DNA from: an uncultured Armatimonadetes bacterium
GTDB taxonomy: Bacteria > Armatimonadota > Hebobacteria > Hebobacterales > Hebobacteraceae
Direction: 5' to 3'
Assembly: GCA_963716175.1 (NCBI GenBank)
Contig: OY970296.1
Span: forward strand, 2,048,001-2,112,000
Length of the DNA: 64,000 bases
The position numbers were made by a program, and so were the translations under genes. The number at the start of each line of letters is the position of its first letter. Positions within the stretch are counted from its first letter, which is position 1. Below the pieces are notes generated by a model. It was given only the letters and a program-made list of their open reading frames with translations. It searched no databases and was not told the DNA's origin. This document shows, piece after piece, positions 1-10,841 of the stretch.

Positions 1-421
1 GATTGGGTTCGCGGCGTAGGCCGACGCTGTGAGAAAGTCTGTCCGTGGCACCGTCCTGGAGGAAACTGCACTCAAGATCGAACTCTCTCCGCCATCGGAC
101 GACGTTTCGATGACAGTGACACTTGGGCTAGCGCGTGGGAATGGAGCCGGCGCTCCCGTCCCACCGCGAGGCCGTCCCGTCGGCCTGCATGCGCTGCCCC
201 CGCTGTCGGCTCGCCACCAGTAGGGCGCAGAACCAGTGTGGGCGGCCCAGGTGGTATCCCAGGGCCGCCTGGCACCCTCGCCATCGCCGCGTAACAAGCA
301 CGCGTGGGTTCATCCTCCCGCGAGACAGAAGACCCACGATACAGCAGCGGTGCCCTGAGAGCAAGGCTGGGACGGTTCTAAGGCGAAGTGACCGGTGCAG
401 GTGGCCGCCCGGGAAGGGCCA

Positions 422-2267
422 ATGGCAAGCCGCAAAGAGAGGAGACCATCCCAGATGGAATGGTACCGAGCTGTGCAGTTCGTTGCCGCCGTGCCGATGC
501 CCGTTGAGTGGGCGAGGGAGTATGGCACCACGGTCAACGGGATGTGGGCCAATCCTGACCGCTGGGGCAAGGCCGAAGTTGGGCAGGCCCACGCCGAGGG
601 CCGGCGTGTCCTCGTTTCCCTGCCGCTCATCGCGCTTGAAGCCCGCTACTATGAGCGCGAAGAGAACCGCTATCTCCTAGACGAGGCGTGCCGAGACATC
701 TTCGGGAACAGAGCAGAGGTCAATTGGTACTACTGGGACTCAAAGCCTGTCTATTCGGTTTGCTTCTACAGCAGGACCTTCCGAGACTACCTGCTGGCGC
801 GCTATCGCCGGGTGGCCGCCACTGGAGTGGACGTCCTCAGCCTCGACGAGGTCCAGACCCACATCGCGCTCATGACCCGCAACCCGATGGGATCAGGCTT
901 CTGCCCCCGGTGCCTGGAGCTATTCTGCAAACATCTCGAAGGGGACGCAGCCGCACGCCGGCACGCTGGCGTGTCATTGGTGGCTGGTCTCCGCAAGGGG
1001 GACTGTGCGCTGCTTCTTCAGCGTCTGCGCGAAGATGACGATCTCTACCGGCAATACGTCGCCTTCCATGAGCAGGCCGCCTTCAAGACGATCGAGGAGT
1101 TCATAGGCGAACTGCGCGCGCTGGGCGACATGGCGATCACCGCCAACGTGGCAGGGCTCGGCATGGGCATAGGGCGGAACGCGCTCTGGGGCGCGCAGTG
1201 GGGCGAGCTGGTTGATTTCGTCCTGGCGGAAGAATACTACCTGGCGGCGCCCCGCGAGTTCCAGGGCAACACCGATCACCTGCTCCTTCCCCGGGGCAAG
1301 TTTCTGGCGTCCTACCGGCTTGCCTCCTCGTTCTCCTCACACGCGCCGGCCTGGCTGACGCTGCAGATCAATGCCCCGAAGCAGATGGCAGGCAAGAAAG
1401 CGCTCAACTACTACCTGCTGATGTTCCTGGAGGCCTACGCGAACAACGGGCGGTGGGGCTACTACTGGTGGCCGGGTGTGGACAAGGATGCCCGCCGGGC
1501 GGCGACCGCGCCAGAGGCGCTCAAGGGCTACACGCGGTTCATAACCGAAAACCGGCAGTATTACGAGCAGTGCACAACGGCAAACCAGCTCCTGGTAATC
1601 TACGCGGAACTCGGCCGTGCTGGCGAAGCCGAACGGCCACTTCGCCTACCTCGCGCTCGCACAGGCGCTGGCGGAGGCGGGCTACCAGTACGATGTCCTC
1701 TATTCTGGCGACGACGTCTTCACGCGGAGCAAGCTCGACCTCGCCACGCTCAACAGGTATCGCGCGGTGCTGGTCGCAGAGGCGGCCTACCTGACGGCGG
1801 ACCAAAGAGAGGCGCTGGCGACCTACGCCGAACGAGGAGGGAGAGTGATCGCCTACTCGGCCAACCAGATCGGCGCCGGTTCAGGGATCACGACGTTCAG
1901 CGATGACCGACTGATGGACTTCCGGCGTGAATACCGGGAGGACCAGCGGGCGCCCGTCGTCGCTCCGCTGGCTGAATTCGAAGCGGCACGTGTCAGGACG
2001 TCAGACCCCCTCGTCAACGTCGTTCGCTACCGGAAAGGCGATGAGCACATCTGCCACATCCTCAACTACGACTACCGGGAGGCCGATGACACCGTGGCCC
2101 CCAAGGAGAACGTAGAGGTTGCTATGGCCTGGCAGGACGAGGCCGTCCCGAGCATCCGCTGGCTGACCCTGGAAGGGGAGGAGCGCCTCCCAGCCCACCT
2201 CAATGACGGCCGTCTCGCCTTCACCATCCCGAAGCTCGACCCCTACGGGATCGCCGTCATCAAGTAA
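422..2267 (+). CDS. Putative glycoside hydrolase (TIM-barrel plus C-terminal GH42-type trimerization domain), split by a frameshift near 1607
   Basis: ORF 395..1906 reads as protein up to ...QLLVIYA. Removing one base in GCGGAAC continues it as NSAVLAKPNGHF into ORF 1617..2267 (YQYDVLY, YRAVLV pattern). LDEVQ and GFCxxC motifs present. Confidence 0.6.
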
Positions 2268-2319
2268 CGAGCGCGTGTCCATCCCGCCCGCGCCACAAGA
2301 GCACCGCGAGGAGATCCCG

Positions 2320-4383
2320 ATGTCGAATTGGTTCGCAGACCACGCCCGCAACGTCCACATCCTCTACGTCTCGCCCGACTGGGCGAAGCGCCGCGGCCAG
2401 CGCTTCAACGCACGCCGCCTGGCCGACTCCCTGGCCGAAGCCCGCGTCCAGTGCGTGCAGTTCTACTGCAAAGACCACCACGGGATCTGCTACTTCCCCT
2501 GCTCCACCGGCCTCCCCTATGAGTTCGATGTCATCGGCCCGATGGTGGAGGCCTGCCATGCCGTCGGCGTGAAGTTCATGGCCTACTTCAGCGTCGGCTT
2601 CGACAACTACGCGCTGGGGATGCATCGCGACTGGATTCACGTCAGACCCGACGGCGAGTCTTGGCGTATGGGCCCCTTCTACTTCGGCTGCCTCGCCTCT
2701 CCCTACGGCGATTTCTCCCTCGCCCAGCTAGACGAGCTCGCGGCCGCCTACCCCATCGACGGGGTGTGGCTGGACATCATCCCCGTCGCCTGGCGGGAGT
2801 ACGAGAAACCCGTCTACGGATGGTGGCACGGCGAGATCTCCTATCCCTGTCACTGCCTCCACTGCCACCGCCGCTTCCTGAGCTCGTTCGGCCGCGACCT
2901 GCCTCCGCACCCGGCGACCGGAGAAGAGGAGATTGCGCTGTTCCATTTCGGCGTCGAGGGTGTGGAGAGCTATCTGAAGCAGGCGACGGATGTGATCCGC
3001 TGCCATCGCCCGCAGGCCGTGATCACCTACAACAACGCGGGAGTCCCGCAGGATCCCCTGGCGCTCTCGGATCTCGTGACCGTCGAGGCCCACGCCCCCT
3101 TCTACAAGAACCAGAGCTGGGCCGCCCGCTCCAGCCGGGCTCGCGGTAAGCCCTTCGAGGTCCTCATGCCCGGCGCCCTGCGCGGCTGGAATGGGTTCGA
3201 CCAGAAGCCGGCTTCCCTCATTCAGCTCGAGACTGCAATCCCTGCCGCACACGGCGGGGCCGCCACGGTAGGCGTCATCGGGCGGCCGGATGGCTCCATC
3301 GAACCAGGCGCTCTGGACGCCATTCGCGACTCCTTCACACGGATCAAGCAGCTCGAGCCGTACTTGAGCCATACAGAACCCGTCAGCGACATTGGGCTGC
3401 TTCTCCTCGTCGATCCCCTCAACCGCCCAAAGGAGGGCGTGCGCCATCTCGTCGAGGCGCATGCGCTGCACACGGCCATGGTGCAGGACCATCTCCAGTA
3501 CGAGATCCTCTACTCGGCGCGCGATGTCAGCCGCTTTCGCGCCCTTATCGCGCCAAACCTCACCTGTCTCTCTGAGGCCGAGGCGGCCGCACTGACCGAC
3601 TACGTGGCACAGGGCGGGAGACTGCTGATGACCGGCGAGATCGGAGCCTCCGATTGGGATGGCTCACACCACCTCGCGCCCGCTCTCGCCGCCCTCGCGG
3701 GGTTCTCGGATCGGAGTTGGGCGCCCTGGCGCTACGCCTTCGTCCGGCATGGCGACCCCGGTCTGTTCGAGGGCATTCCCGAAGTGCCGATGCGGATTGC
3801 GGGGCCAATCGCTCTCCTCGAAGGGGTGACCGGAGAGGTGCTCGCTACGGTCCAGCTCCCTGAGGCCCCGGCGACGGTCAACACCACTCTCCTCTGGCAC
3901 GAGCCCGCCGGTGACGAAGATCGGACTTATCCCTACGTGCTCAGGCGCGCTCACGGCAGGGGCCTTTGCCTCTATGCCGCCTCCCCCCTGGCCTCGTCGC
4001 TGACCACCTTCGACGGCATCGCTGGCGGCTGGGCCAAGGAGCTCCTGCGTAGGCTGCTACGAATGCTCCTCCCACAGCAGGAGCGCTGCCTGTCGATCAA
4101 TGCCCCCCCGGGCTGTGAGGCGGTACTGAACCGCAAGGGCAACCAGCTCGTCCTCAACCTCATCAACCACTATGCAGGACACCCCGATTACCTGCCGGTC
4201 GGTGGCGACGGGATCCACCTGGGGCCGTTCGACATGGTGCTGAGGGCCGGTGTGTCAGGTCCCGTTCGGGTCCAGCCGGACGGGGAAGAGCTACCCGCGG
4301 AGGCCGGGAACGGTGCGCTTCGCTTCACCGTTCCCCCCTTCGAGGTCCACCAGGTCATCACGATCGGGCCGGATGGTGGCTAG
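2320..4383 (+). CDS. Glycoside hydrolase, alpha-L-fucosidase/GHL6-like, with beta-galactosidase trimerization domain
   Basis: KDHHGICYFP, YFSVGFD, YPIDGVWLD and CHCxxC motifs; GAGGAG RBS before ATG 2320. Confidence 0.75.
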   Translation: MSNWFADHARNVHILYVSPDWAKRRGQRFNARRLADSLAEARVQCVQFYCKDHHGICYFPCSTGLPYEFDVIGPMVEACHAVGVKFMAYFSVGFDNYALGMHRDWIHVRPDGESWRMGPFYFGCLASPYGDFSLAQLDELAAAYPIDGVWLDIIPVAWREYEKPVYGWWHGEISYPCHCLHCHRRFLSSFGRDLPPHPATGEEEIALFHFGVEGVESYLKQATDVIRCHRPQAVITYNNAGVPQDPLALSDLVTVEAHAPFYKNQSWAARSSRARGKPFEVLMPGALRGWNGFDQKPASLIQLETAIPAAHGGAATVGVIGRPDGSIEPGALDAIRDSFTRIKQLEPYLSHTEPVSDIGLLLLVDPLNRPKEGVRHLVEAHALHTAMVQDHLQYEILYSARDVSRFRALIAPNLTCLSEAEAAALTDYVAQGGRLLMTGEIGASDWDGSHHLAPALAALAGFSDRSWAPWRYAFVRHGDPGLFEGIPEVPMRIAGPIALLEGVTGEVLATVQLPEAPATVNTTLLWHEPAGDEDRTYPYVLRRAHGRGLCLYAASPLASSLTTFDGIAGGWAKELLRRLLRMLLPQQERCLSINAPPGCEAVLNRKGNQLVLNLINHYAGHPDYLPVGGDGIHLGPFDMVLRAGVSGPVRVQPDGEELPAEAGNGALRFTVPPFEVHQVITIGPDGG

Positions 4384-4440
4384 CGCTAGCGGAAGCGCGG
4401 TGGCGGCCTCGGGTGCACGATCCCACGAAGGCCGACTGAC

Positions 4441-6372
4441 TCAGAGCCGAACACCGAGAATACACGCCGTGATTGTGCGCAGGAAGACCACCACCGCGGA
4501 CCCGACAATCAGGCCCAGGAAGAAAGGCAGCGCCAATCGGTGGAGTCTCAGGCCGCCGTAGCGCATGATGAGGGCCTTGACCAGCCAGGCGATGAAGATG
4601 GCTGGCAGGAATCCATCCGTGACCCAGGCGCAGGCGATCGGCAACGCCACGGGATGGAGCGGAAACCCCACGAATCGCATCTTCAGCGCCATCAACGCCA
4701 CGGTGGCGATGATGCCGACTCCAACTGCGGCCAGCGCCGAGTAGTCCGGGCCGGTGGGATTGTTGAGAGCGTTGGCCAGCAGCTCGGGCACGTCGAGGGC
4801 GTGGTCACCCGAGCCGGGGTCGGCATTGGTCGCGACGCCGGCCCTGTAGACCACGTGGAGGGTCGCCCAGAAGACGCTCAACACAGCCACCGGGGTCATT
4901 GCCACCATCAGCCAGGCCAGCCTTCTCCGATCCATGCGCCGGCCCTCGGCGAGCTTGAACGCCTCCAAGGTCCAGGGCTGAGGACTGTAGTCGAACTCCC
5001 GTGTGACCGGGTAGGTGAGCCACATGATCCCCTGGGCCGGCCGTGACATGGACTTGGTGCCGATGACCATCGGAAGGAAGTGATTGGGCCCAATCCACCA
5101 CAGCTCGAACTCGGGGGGCGCAAGCTGAGCGCGTATCCGCGTCACCGCCAGGCCAAGCAAGAGGAACTGGGCGGCCCAGGCCAGCGTGAGGGGCGCGGTC
5201 ATGCCGCCGCGGGAGAAGAAGTAGATGAGAAAGCCGAGGGCGAGAGCCAGTCCGACCGCGGCGCCCCGGTAGCTGAGCGCCTCTCCCGAGTCGTCGAGGC
5301 TGGAGCGAAGTCCCAGCACCTTTCGAACGACCTGACGCAGATAGCTGCGGCCAAGCCATAGGACCGAGGCCACCAGCGCGATGAATCCGCCCAGCGACTG
5401 GTTGTCTATGTAAGGGAAGCCGGTGTAGATGTTCGTGGTCCAGGCGAAGTGACTCGCAATGATGAGCTGGGCCTTGAACAGGAGGTTGAAGAACCAGAGT
5501 GAGAAGGTGAGGTCGAGCGGCATGAGATAGCACACCCCAACCAGGATAGGCTCGGCGGTCATGTTGGATTCGCGAATCGCGTTCCAAGGTGGGAACTGCT
5601 GGATATAGGGGCCCAGAGCGACGCTAAACGGTAGGCCCGGGACCGCGGGACGCAATCCGTGGATGGTGTTGAGGGTCTCCATGGCACCGGCCAGCAGGAG
5701 CCCGGCCCACATCGCCTTGCTTGCAAACAGCCCGTGGCGTCTCTCGCTGATCTGGAGCGGGACGGCGGTGGCCGGGAAGAGCAGCCTCTCCTCATCACAC
5801 CAGCGCCGGCGAAAGATGGAGCTGAGGCAGACGAAGGCCAGCATCAGCGCGGTGACCATCGCGCTCCACCACAGCGCTGGGCCCAGCCAGGCAAGGACCA
5901 CCTGCGCGCGGTATAGGGTCGAATACCCCTCGAACAGCCCGCCGATCACGGCCGGATCGGAGACCGTCAGCCAGCTCGGCAGATAGGGGAGGACGAGCTC
6001 TGCCCACTGGTTTGAGGGGGTAGCGAACCAGAAGGGATTGGAGATCGCCTCCGGCAGGTCGGGCAGGAAGTCCACGCCACACCAGCACGTTGCCAGGGAG
6101 AGTACAAGGTAGATTGTGATCAGCTCCCCGGCCGAGAATGCCCACCTGGGACGCCAGCGGTGCAGGAGCCGATTCATTCCCACCAGTGCGACGAGATAGG
6201 CTATGCAGTTATGGTAGATGATGCCCGGGCCGACGTAGTATCCGAAGTGCCAGTAGGTGTAGGTTATCCAGTAGGCGTTGAGAGGGGTGGCGGCCAGACC
6301 GATGATCACAGCTCGGGCGCTCACGCCCCTGCTGCGCACTGGCCGAGGAGGCGATGTGCTGGCCATCGTCAT
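4441..6372 (-). CDS. Polytopic membrane protein, DUF6785/DUF6784-like (putative transporter)
   Basis: Many TM helices; FSAGELITIY, RRWCDEERLLFP, FPLHPV and ILRYGG-like/ALPFFLGLIVG signatures. Confidence 0.75.
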   Translation of the reverse strand: MTMASTSPPRPVRSRGVSARAVIIGLAATPLNAYWITYTYWHFGYYVGPGIIYHNCIAYLVALVGMNRLLHRWRPRWAFSAGELITIYLVLSLATCWCGVDFLPDLPEAISNPFWFATPSNQWAELVLPYLPSWLTVSDPAVIGGLFEGYSTLYRAQVVLAWLGPALWWSAMVTALMLAFVCLSSIFRRRWCDEERLLFPATAVPLQISERRHGLFASKAMWAGLLLAGAMETLNTIHGLRPAVPGLPFSVALGPYIQQFPPWNAIRESNMTAEPILVGVCYLMPLDLTFSLWFFNLLFKAQLIIASHFAWTTNIYTGFPYIDNQSLGGFIALVASVLWLGRSYLRQVVRKVLGLRSSLDDSGEALSYRGAAVGLALALGFLIYFFSRGGMTAPLTLAWAAQFLLLGLAVTRIRAQLAPPEFELWWIGPNHFLPMVIGTKSMSRPAQGIMWLTYPVTREFDYSPQPWTLEAFKLAEGRRMDRRRLAWLMVAMTPVAVLSVFWATLHVVYRAGVATNADPGSGDHALDVPELLANALNNPTGPDYSALAAVGVGIIATVALMALKMRFVGFPLHPVALPIACAWVTDGFLPAIFIAWLVKALIMRYGGLRLHRLALPFFLGLIVGSAVVVFLRTITACILGVRL

Positions 6373-6592
6373 GGAGGTTCCTCTGACGCCGAAGGGAAGC
6401 GAGGACAACCGTCAGCGTGTTGGCCGCGTCCCACCCACATGCCGCGCTGCTCTCCCTCTGAGATGGCCCTCGCGTTTCGGCTGCGCGTGGAGGCTGTGCT
6501 GCCCGCCGGGCGACGAGCCCTGGCTATCGGAGCAAGAGTCGCGGCCGCCCGGCAAAACCTGCGAGAAGGCCTTCTGCTTGCCGCCAGCTTTC

Positions 6593-6620
6593 TTGACAGC
6601 TACCCTGAAATCGTTATCAT
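6593..6620 (+). promoter_or_regulatory. Sigma70-type promoter with overlapping LacI-family operator-like site
   Basis: TTGACA-N16-TATCAT; TGAAATCGTTATCA (6606-6619) fits TGWAANCGNTNWCA. Confidence 0.6.
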
Positions 6621-6986
6621 GTTACGCAGTCGGCAGTGATCATGTCAAGTCAGAGACCGGAGGGTGTGATTTCAGGTCTCTCCTCAGTGCGGTAGCGCAG
6701 GTCTCCTCGGCTGCGACCAGGCGCCAGAGGCGAGCGATACGGGCCTGTGACCAGGGAAAGAGGGCCACACCCGGATCGGACAGGTACTGCGCAGGCTACC
6801 TGAGGCAAGGTGTGAACTGGTCTGGTCCCGGCTGACCTGGCGAAGGCGGCAGGGGCCACAGGGTTCGAGTAGCCGAGCCGCCGGGAAGGAGGTGAGCCAA
6901 GACAGGGCAGAGGGCGGAGCTTGGGTAGGGAGCGGACAAGTGATGGTCTCGAGCAAGGCAGTGGGAGACCAGAGAGGAGATGGGCT

Positions 6987-8036
6987 GTGAAGCGCACGCT
7001 AAGGAGTAAGGGTTTTACCCTGATCGAGCTGCTGGTCGTGATCGCGATCATCGCGATTCTGGCGGCGATGCTCTTCCCGGTCTTCGCGCGAGCCCGAGAG
7101 TCCGCGCGCAAGATCCAGTGCCTCGCCAACGTGAAGAACATCGCCGTCGCGATCCAGCTGTATCTTGCCGACTACAGCGACACGCTGCCGCCGAAAGAGC
7201 ATCGCCAGGAAGTGCTGGATTACTTCATGGCCGGCCCTGGAGGCGGCACCTGGGATGAGTGTGAACTCGGAAGCCTCGAGAGCGCCAATCCTTACCTGAA
7301 GTGGCCTGTGGTGCTCGACGAGTACGTCAAGAACCGGGACGTATGGCGCTGCCCGAGCGGGCGGATAGTCCAAGGCGCCAGGTTTATCCTGCCTGGCCCA
7401 GACTGGCTTGGGCATCTGAAAGCGACCGAGGGGCTATGGTATCTAACCAATGACGTGCAATTCGGCCCCTGCTGGGGCTCTTGGCCAGTCGGATGGGGCG
7501 GCGACGTGACTGACTCCGCCCTGCAGGGACGCCTGGCCACTCCCTGGCTGGAGTCGGCGCCCGTGGCGCAAGGGGTCTTCCAGCAAGGCTACGCGTACAA
7601 CAGCGACCGTGCGCAACTCAAGATGGCCGCGGTGAACGACGCCGCCAGCTTCGTAGCAGTCGCTGATGGTGGCGTGATGCCAGAGTGGATTCACTTGGGT
7701 CTGTTGATGGCTCCAGAACTGTGCATGCTGGCGTGCAGCAATTGGGTGTGCAGTTGGGTGGACTGGCAGAACTGTGCGGAGTGGGCGGCGGATTGCGGGC
7801 TCTACTACTTCGCCCCGGCCGACGGATCCTTCCTGAAGAGCCCCGATCTGCGCAGGCCCTACGCCCACCATCTCGGCGGCAATAACGTCGGCTTCCTCGA
7901 CGGGCATGCTGCTTGGATGAACGGGGAGGCTATCCTCGCGGCGGTTAAAGCAGGGAAGCTGGAGGGAGTGGATGCCTTCCCCACCTCGGACTGCGGGTTC
8001 GCGCAAATGTACCCCGGAGTCCCGACTCTCTATTGA
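6987..8036 (+). CDS. Prepilin-type N-terminal cleavage/methylation, DUF1559 / H-X9-DG domain protein
   Basis: [34 protein letters not shown]-terminus; [15 protein letters not shown]-terminal motif; GAGGAG before GTG 6987. Confidence 0.9.
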   Translation: MKRTLRSKGFTLIELLVVIAIIAILAAMLFPVFARARESARKIQCLANVKNIAVAIQLYLADYSDTLPPKEHRQEVLDYFMAGPGGGTWDECELGSLESANPYLKWPVVLDEYVKNRDVWRCPSGRIVQGARFILPGPDWLGHLKATEGLWYLTNDVQFGPCWGSWPVGWGGDVTDSALQGRLATPWLESAPVAQGVFQQGYAYNSDRAQLKMAAVNDAASFVAVADGGVMPEWIHLGLLMAPELCMLACSNWVCSWVDWQNCAEWAADCGLYYFAPADGSFLKSPDLRRPYAHHLGGNNVGFLDGHAAWMNGEAILAAVKAGKLEGVDAFPTSDCGFAQMYPGVPTLY

Positions 8037-8127
8037 GCGGACTGGCTGCGGAGCGTCTCGCGCAGGATGCGGAGCGCACGCAGTGCTCAGGGGCAGAGCG
8101 CCTCCGGGCGGGGGTGCCCTGGAGGTA

Positions 8128-8424
8128 TCAGATGTCCTGCAGGAAGCCGAAGAAGGAGGAGATGCAGGCGTACTTGCGGCGCAAGGTCAAGGGCGCTGGC
8201 TTTCTCAGGCTGACGCCGAACTGGACGATCATCTCTCGGGTGATCTGAGGTGGCGCAGGCACGCGCCCCAGTCGCTTCTCGAGGAATTCCCGGAACATCC
8301 GCATGTCCGTGCTGTAGGCGCGCACTGTCAAGGGGGAGAAGCTGCGATAGTCCTTGAGGTAGCTGAGGAACTCCTTCACCGCCTCATGGTACGACAACTC
8401 ATTCGTTGCTGCTGCTTCCGTCAT
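8128..8424 (-). pseudogene. Tyrosine recombinase (XerC/D-like) N-terminal SAM-like domain only
   Basis: FLSYL..SPLTVRAYSTD..TLRRKYACISSFFGFL, then stop; no catalytic domain. Confidence 0.75.
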
Positions 8425-8437
8425 GTGAGCACCCGTT

Positions 8438-8665
8438 CTGTCCGGAAACTCATCTGGCTCCCAGATCCCGTCTCATGGCATTCTCTACCCTCACGGACAC
8501 CCCCCTGTCCGGGAGGCCTAGAGGATGCAGAAGGGTAGCGATGGAGGGTTCAACTGGGCGGGCCTGCCCCTTGTCGCCACTGTGGCGCGCCTGCCGTCCC
8601 CACCCGCCGCAGAACCCCGAGCAGTGACTCCTGTGCCGAGGGGGTAGCCGGAGTCGGGGGCTGCC
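8438..8665 (-). repeat. Family A repeat, core + right arm R1
   Basis: Reverse complement gives CCCCCGACTCCGGCTACCCCCTCGGC..GGAGTCACTG ... CTGGGAGCCAGATGAGTTTCCGGACAG. Confidence 0.85.
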
Positions 8666-8844
8666 TGAAGCAGCTACAGGCGGTTCGGGGAGCCGGGGCC
8701 ATACGATGTCTGCAGGCGCGTCTGCGCGGGACAGCACCGGTTACAACGCCGCGAGAGGCGCCACGTCGGTCCTGACCGGTTAGCGGGGTTCAACTCGGCG
8801 GTTCGTATCTGGGGGATGCTTCACACCGCTGGCGCCTACCTCAG

Positions 8845-9543
8845 TCAGGTCTCGCGCGGCGGGAAGTCCACCAGCCGGAAACGCTCCGACATCCAGAAGG
8901 TCTCGACGGCGTGACGGTTGGCCCGCCTGACTCGCTCGGCCTCCGCCTCGAACTCCGCCCGAGTCCTGCCGAAGAGCGTGTGCTGGGAGACCTGTGTAGC
9001 GTTGGCGAGCAGGGAGTAGTGGTCGTAGCCAGTCACATCGAAGGTGACGATGGGGCCGACAGCGCGAACCGAGGTTTCGACTTCCTTGTAGTAGTAGAGG
9101 TGGCGGACCTGCCAGGGGTCGCCCAGATCAGCGGCGACAGGCTGCCCCGCCTGCCAGACGGCGGGGACAGTGATCTGGTAGGTGGCGACGTGGTCCGGGT
9201 TGATGCCGGCGGGGCCGTGGGTGAACACGGCGTCCGGCTTCGCCTCCCGCACGGCGCGTATGCAGTCCTTGAAGACCTGCTTGCCGTGGACAAGGCCCAT
9301 GTCGGGGCAGTCGATGCGGAAGCGCTTGGTGACGCCCAGGACCTGGTCGCACTCCTGCATCTCGGCGGCGCGCATGGCGACGATGCGGTCTCGCCAGGCG
9401 GGATCGGGAAAGCCCTCGGAGCCGTCCGTCATGATGGCGACGAAGACCTGCACGCCGGAAGCGGCGAGTTTGGCCATGGTGCCCGCCATCTTGATCTCAT
9501 CGTCTGGGTGAGCGCCGAAGACGAGGATTCGCTGGTAGTTCAT
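8845..9543 (-). CDS. PIG-L/LmbE family deacetylase
   Basis: AHPDDE, TDGS, R..E, NPDH and SQH motifs. Confidence 0.9.
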   Translation of the reverse strand: MNYQRILVFGAHPDDEIKMAGTMAKLAASGVQVFVAIMTDGSEGFPDPAWRDRIVAMRAAEMQECDQVLGVTKRFRIDCPDMGLVHGKQVFKDCIRAVREAKPDAVFTHGPAGINPDHVATYQITVPAVWQAGQPVAADLGDPWQVRHLYYYKEVETSVRAVGPIVTFDVTGYDHYSLLANATQVSQHTLFGRTRAEFEAEAERVRRANRHAVETFWMSERFRLVDFPPRET

Positions 9544-9598
9544 AGCAATGCCTCCGCACAGGGTCGGGAGCTAGCCTTCGAGGTTCGGGGAGAGTTCC

Positions 9599-9728
9599 CT
9601 GTCCGTGTGCGAGCAGGCTTCGCTCCTTGGCTGCTGCCGCGCACGATGGCACCGGTTGCGCGACGGAACCCCGGACGCCGACTCCAAGCCGAGGGGACAG
9701 CCGGAGTCGGGGGGTGGCCGAGGTCGTC
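9599..9728 (-). repeat. Family A repeat, L2 + core + short arm ending ACACGGACAG
   Basis: cgacggaaccccggac...gccgaggggacagccggagtcggggggtggcc is the reverse complement of the core. Confidence 0.8.
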
Positions 9729-9780
9729 GAGCATAGCCCTTTTCCGGAAGGAGCAGGCACTGCTTCTGACAGCATGGCGG

Positions 9781-9830
9781 ACACCGTACGCTGACGGTGT
9801 TTTGACAGTTGTGCCCGGCCACGCGACAAT
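9781..9830 (+). promoter_or_regulatory. Sigma70-type promoter with upstream palindrome
   Basis: TTGACA(9802)-N17-GACAAT; ACACCGT-N6-ACGGTGT palindrome at 9781-9800. Confidence 0.5.
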
Positions 9831-9865
9831 CCAGCAAGACAGAGACCCACCAGGGAGGCTTCCGA

Positions 9866-10762
9866 ATGACTGTGCAGAGCCTGACCGACGAGGTGCGGAA
9901 TGTCGCCACCGCCGCTGGCGCTGACCTTGTTGGCTTTGCCCCCATCTCTCGCTTCGCGGGTGCGCCACGCGAGTTGCACCCACACACCATCTTCCCCCAG
10001 ACGGAAACGGTGATCGCGGTGGCCGTGCGGCAGACGCGGGGCACGCTCAAGGCGGTGGAGGAGGGCACCTACTGGCAGGCGTACAATTGCGACTCGTACT
10101 GGTACCTCAATGAGGTCATCGCGCCCCGAGTGCTGCGAGAGGTAGTGCTGCTCCTGGAGGAATCTGGTTTCACCAGCGTCCCGTTCCACAACCCCTTCAT
10201 GCCGCACGTCGGCAGACGGGTGCGGGCTGACCAGCCGGCGGGGCCTGATGGCATGATGTCTCTGCGGGTGGTCGGGGTTGCGGCTGGGTTGGGCGAGTTG
10301 GGCCACTCGAAGCTCCTGCTGACCCCCCAGTACGGCCCGCGGCAGCGCGTGTTTGCGGTCCTGACGGATGCCCAGCTTTGCCCGACCCCACTTTCCAGGG
10401 AACAGATCTGCGACGGCTGCCTGGCCTGCGTCAACGAGTGCGAGGCCCACGCCATCGGCACTTGCCGGGAGGTCCGGTTCGCAATCGAGGGACGTGAGTT
10501 CTCTCACGCGCCGCTGGACGCCGAGGCATGTGGACGCGTGCACGTGGGTCGTGACCCGCGCTTCTCGCCCTTCTGGGCGGGCCCAGAATCCGAGGGTGAA
10601 CAGCCGAGCTACAATAAGTTCCTGCTGCACCGATTCCGACATCTCGCCATCTGCGTAGGTCGCGGGTGCGTGCGCGCCTGCCTGGATCATCTCGAGAGAA
10701 CGGGGCGCATCTCAGCCAGCTTCAAGACCCCGCTGATTGAGCGAGACAGGTGGAAGCTCTGA
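9866..10762 (+). CDS. Epoxyqueuosine reductase / reductive dehalogenase-like 4Fe-4S protein
   Basis: GADLVGFA, AAGLGELG, LLTPQYGPRQR, CxxCxxCxxxC and a second C..CxxxC cluster. Confidence 0.75.
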   Translation: MTVQSLTDEVRNVATAAGADLVGFAPISRFAGAPRELHPHTIFPQTETVIAVAVRQTRGTLKAVEEGTYWQAYNCDSYWYLNEVIAPRVLREVVLLLEESGFTSVPFHNPFMPHVGRRVRADQPAGPDGMMSLRVVGVAAGLGELGHSKLLLTPQYGPRQRVFAVLTDAQLCPTPLSREQICDGCLACVNECEAHAIGTCREVRFAIEGREFSHAPLDAEACGRVHVGRDPRFSPFWAGPESEGEQPSYNKFLLHRFRHLAICVGRGCVRACLDHLERTGRISASFKTPLIERDRWKL

Positions 10763-10767
10763 CGGAC

Positions 10768-10841
10768 GCATCCGCGACGCAACCCCGGACATCCACTCCC
10801 AGCCGAGGCTAGCCGGGGTCGTGGGGTGCCCGGGGCCGTCG
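10768..10841 (-). repeat. Family A repeat, L2 + core
   Basis: ccgcgacgcaaccccggac..actcccagccgaggctagccggggtc..gtgcccggggccgtc. Confidence 0.75.

Noticed and set aside
1-420. Coding sequence at the window start
   Set aside because: No frame gives a recognisable product.
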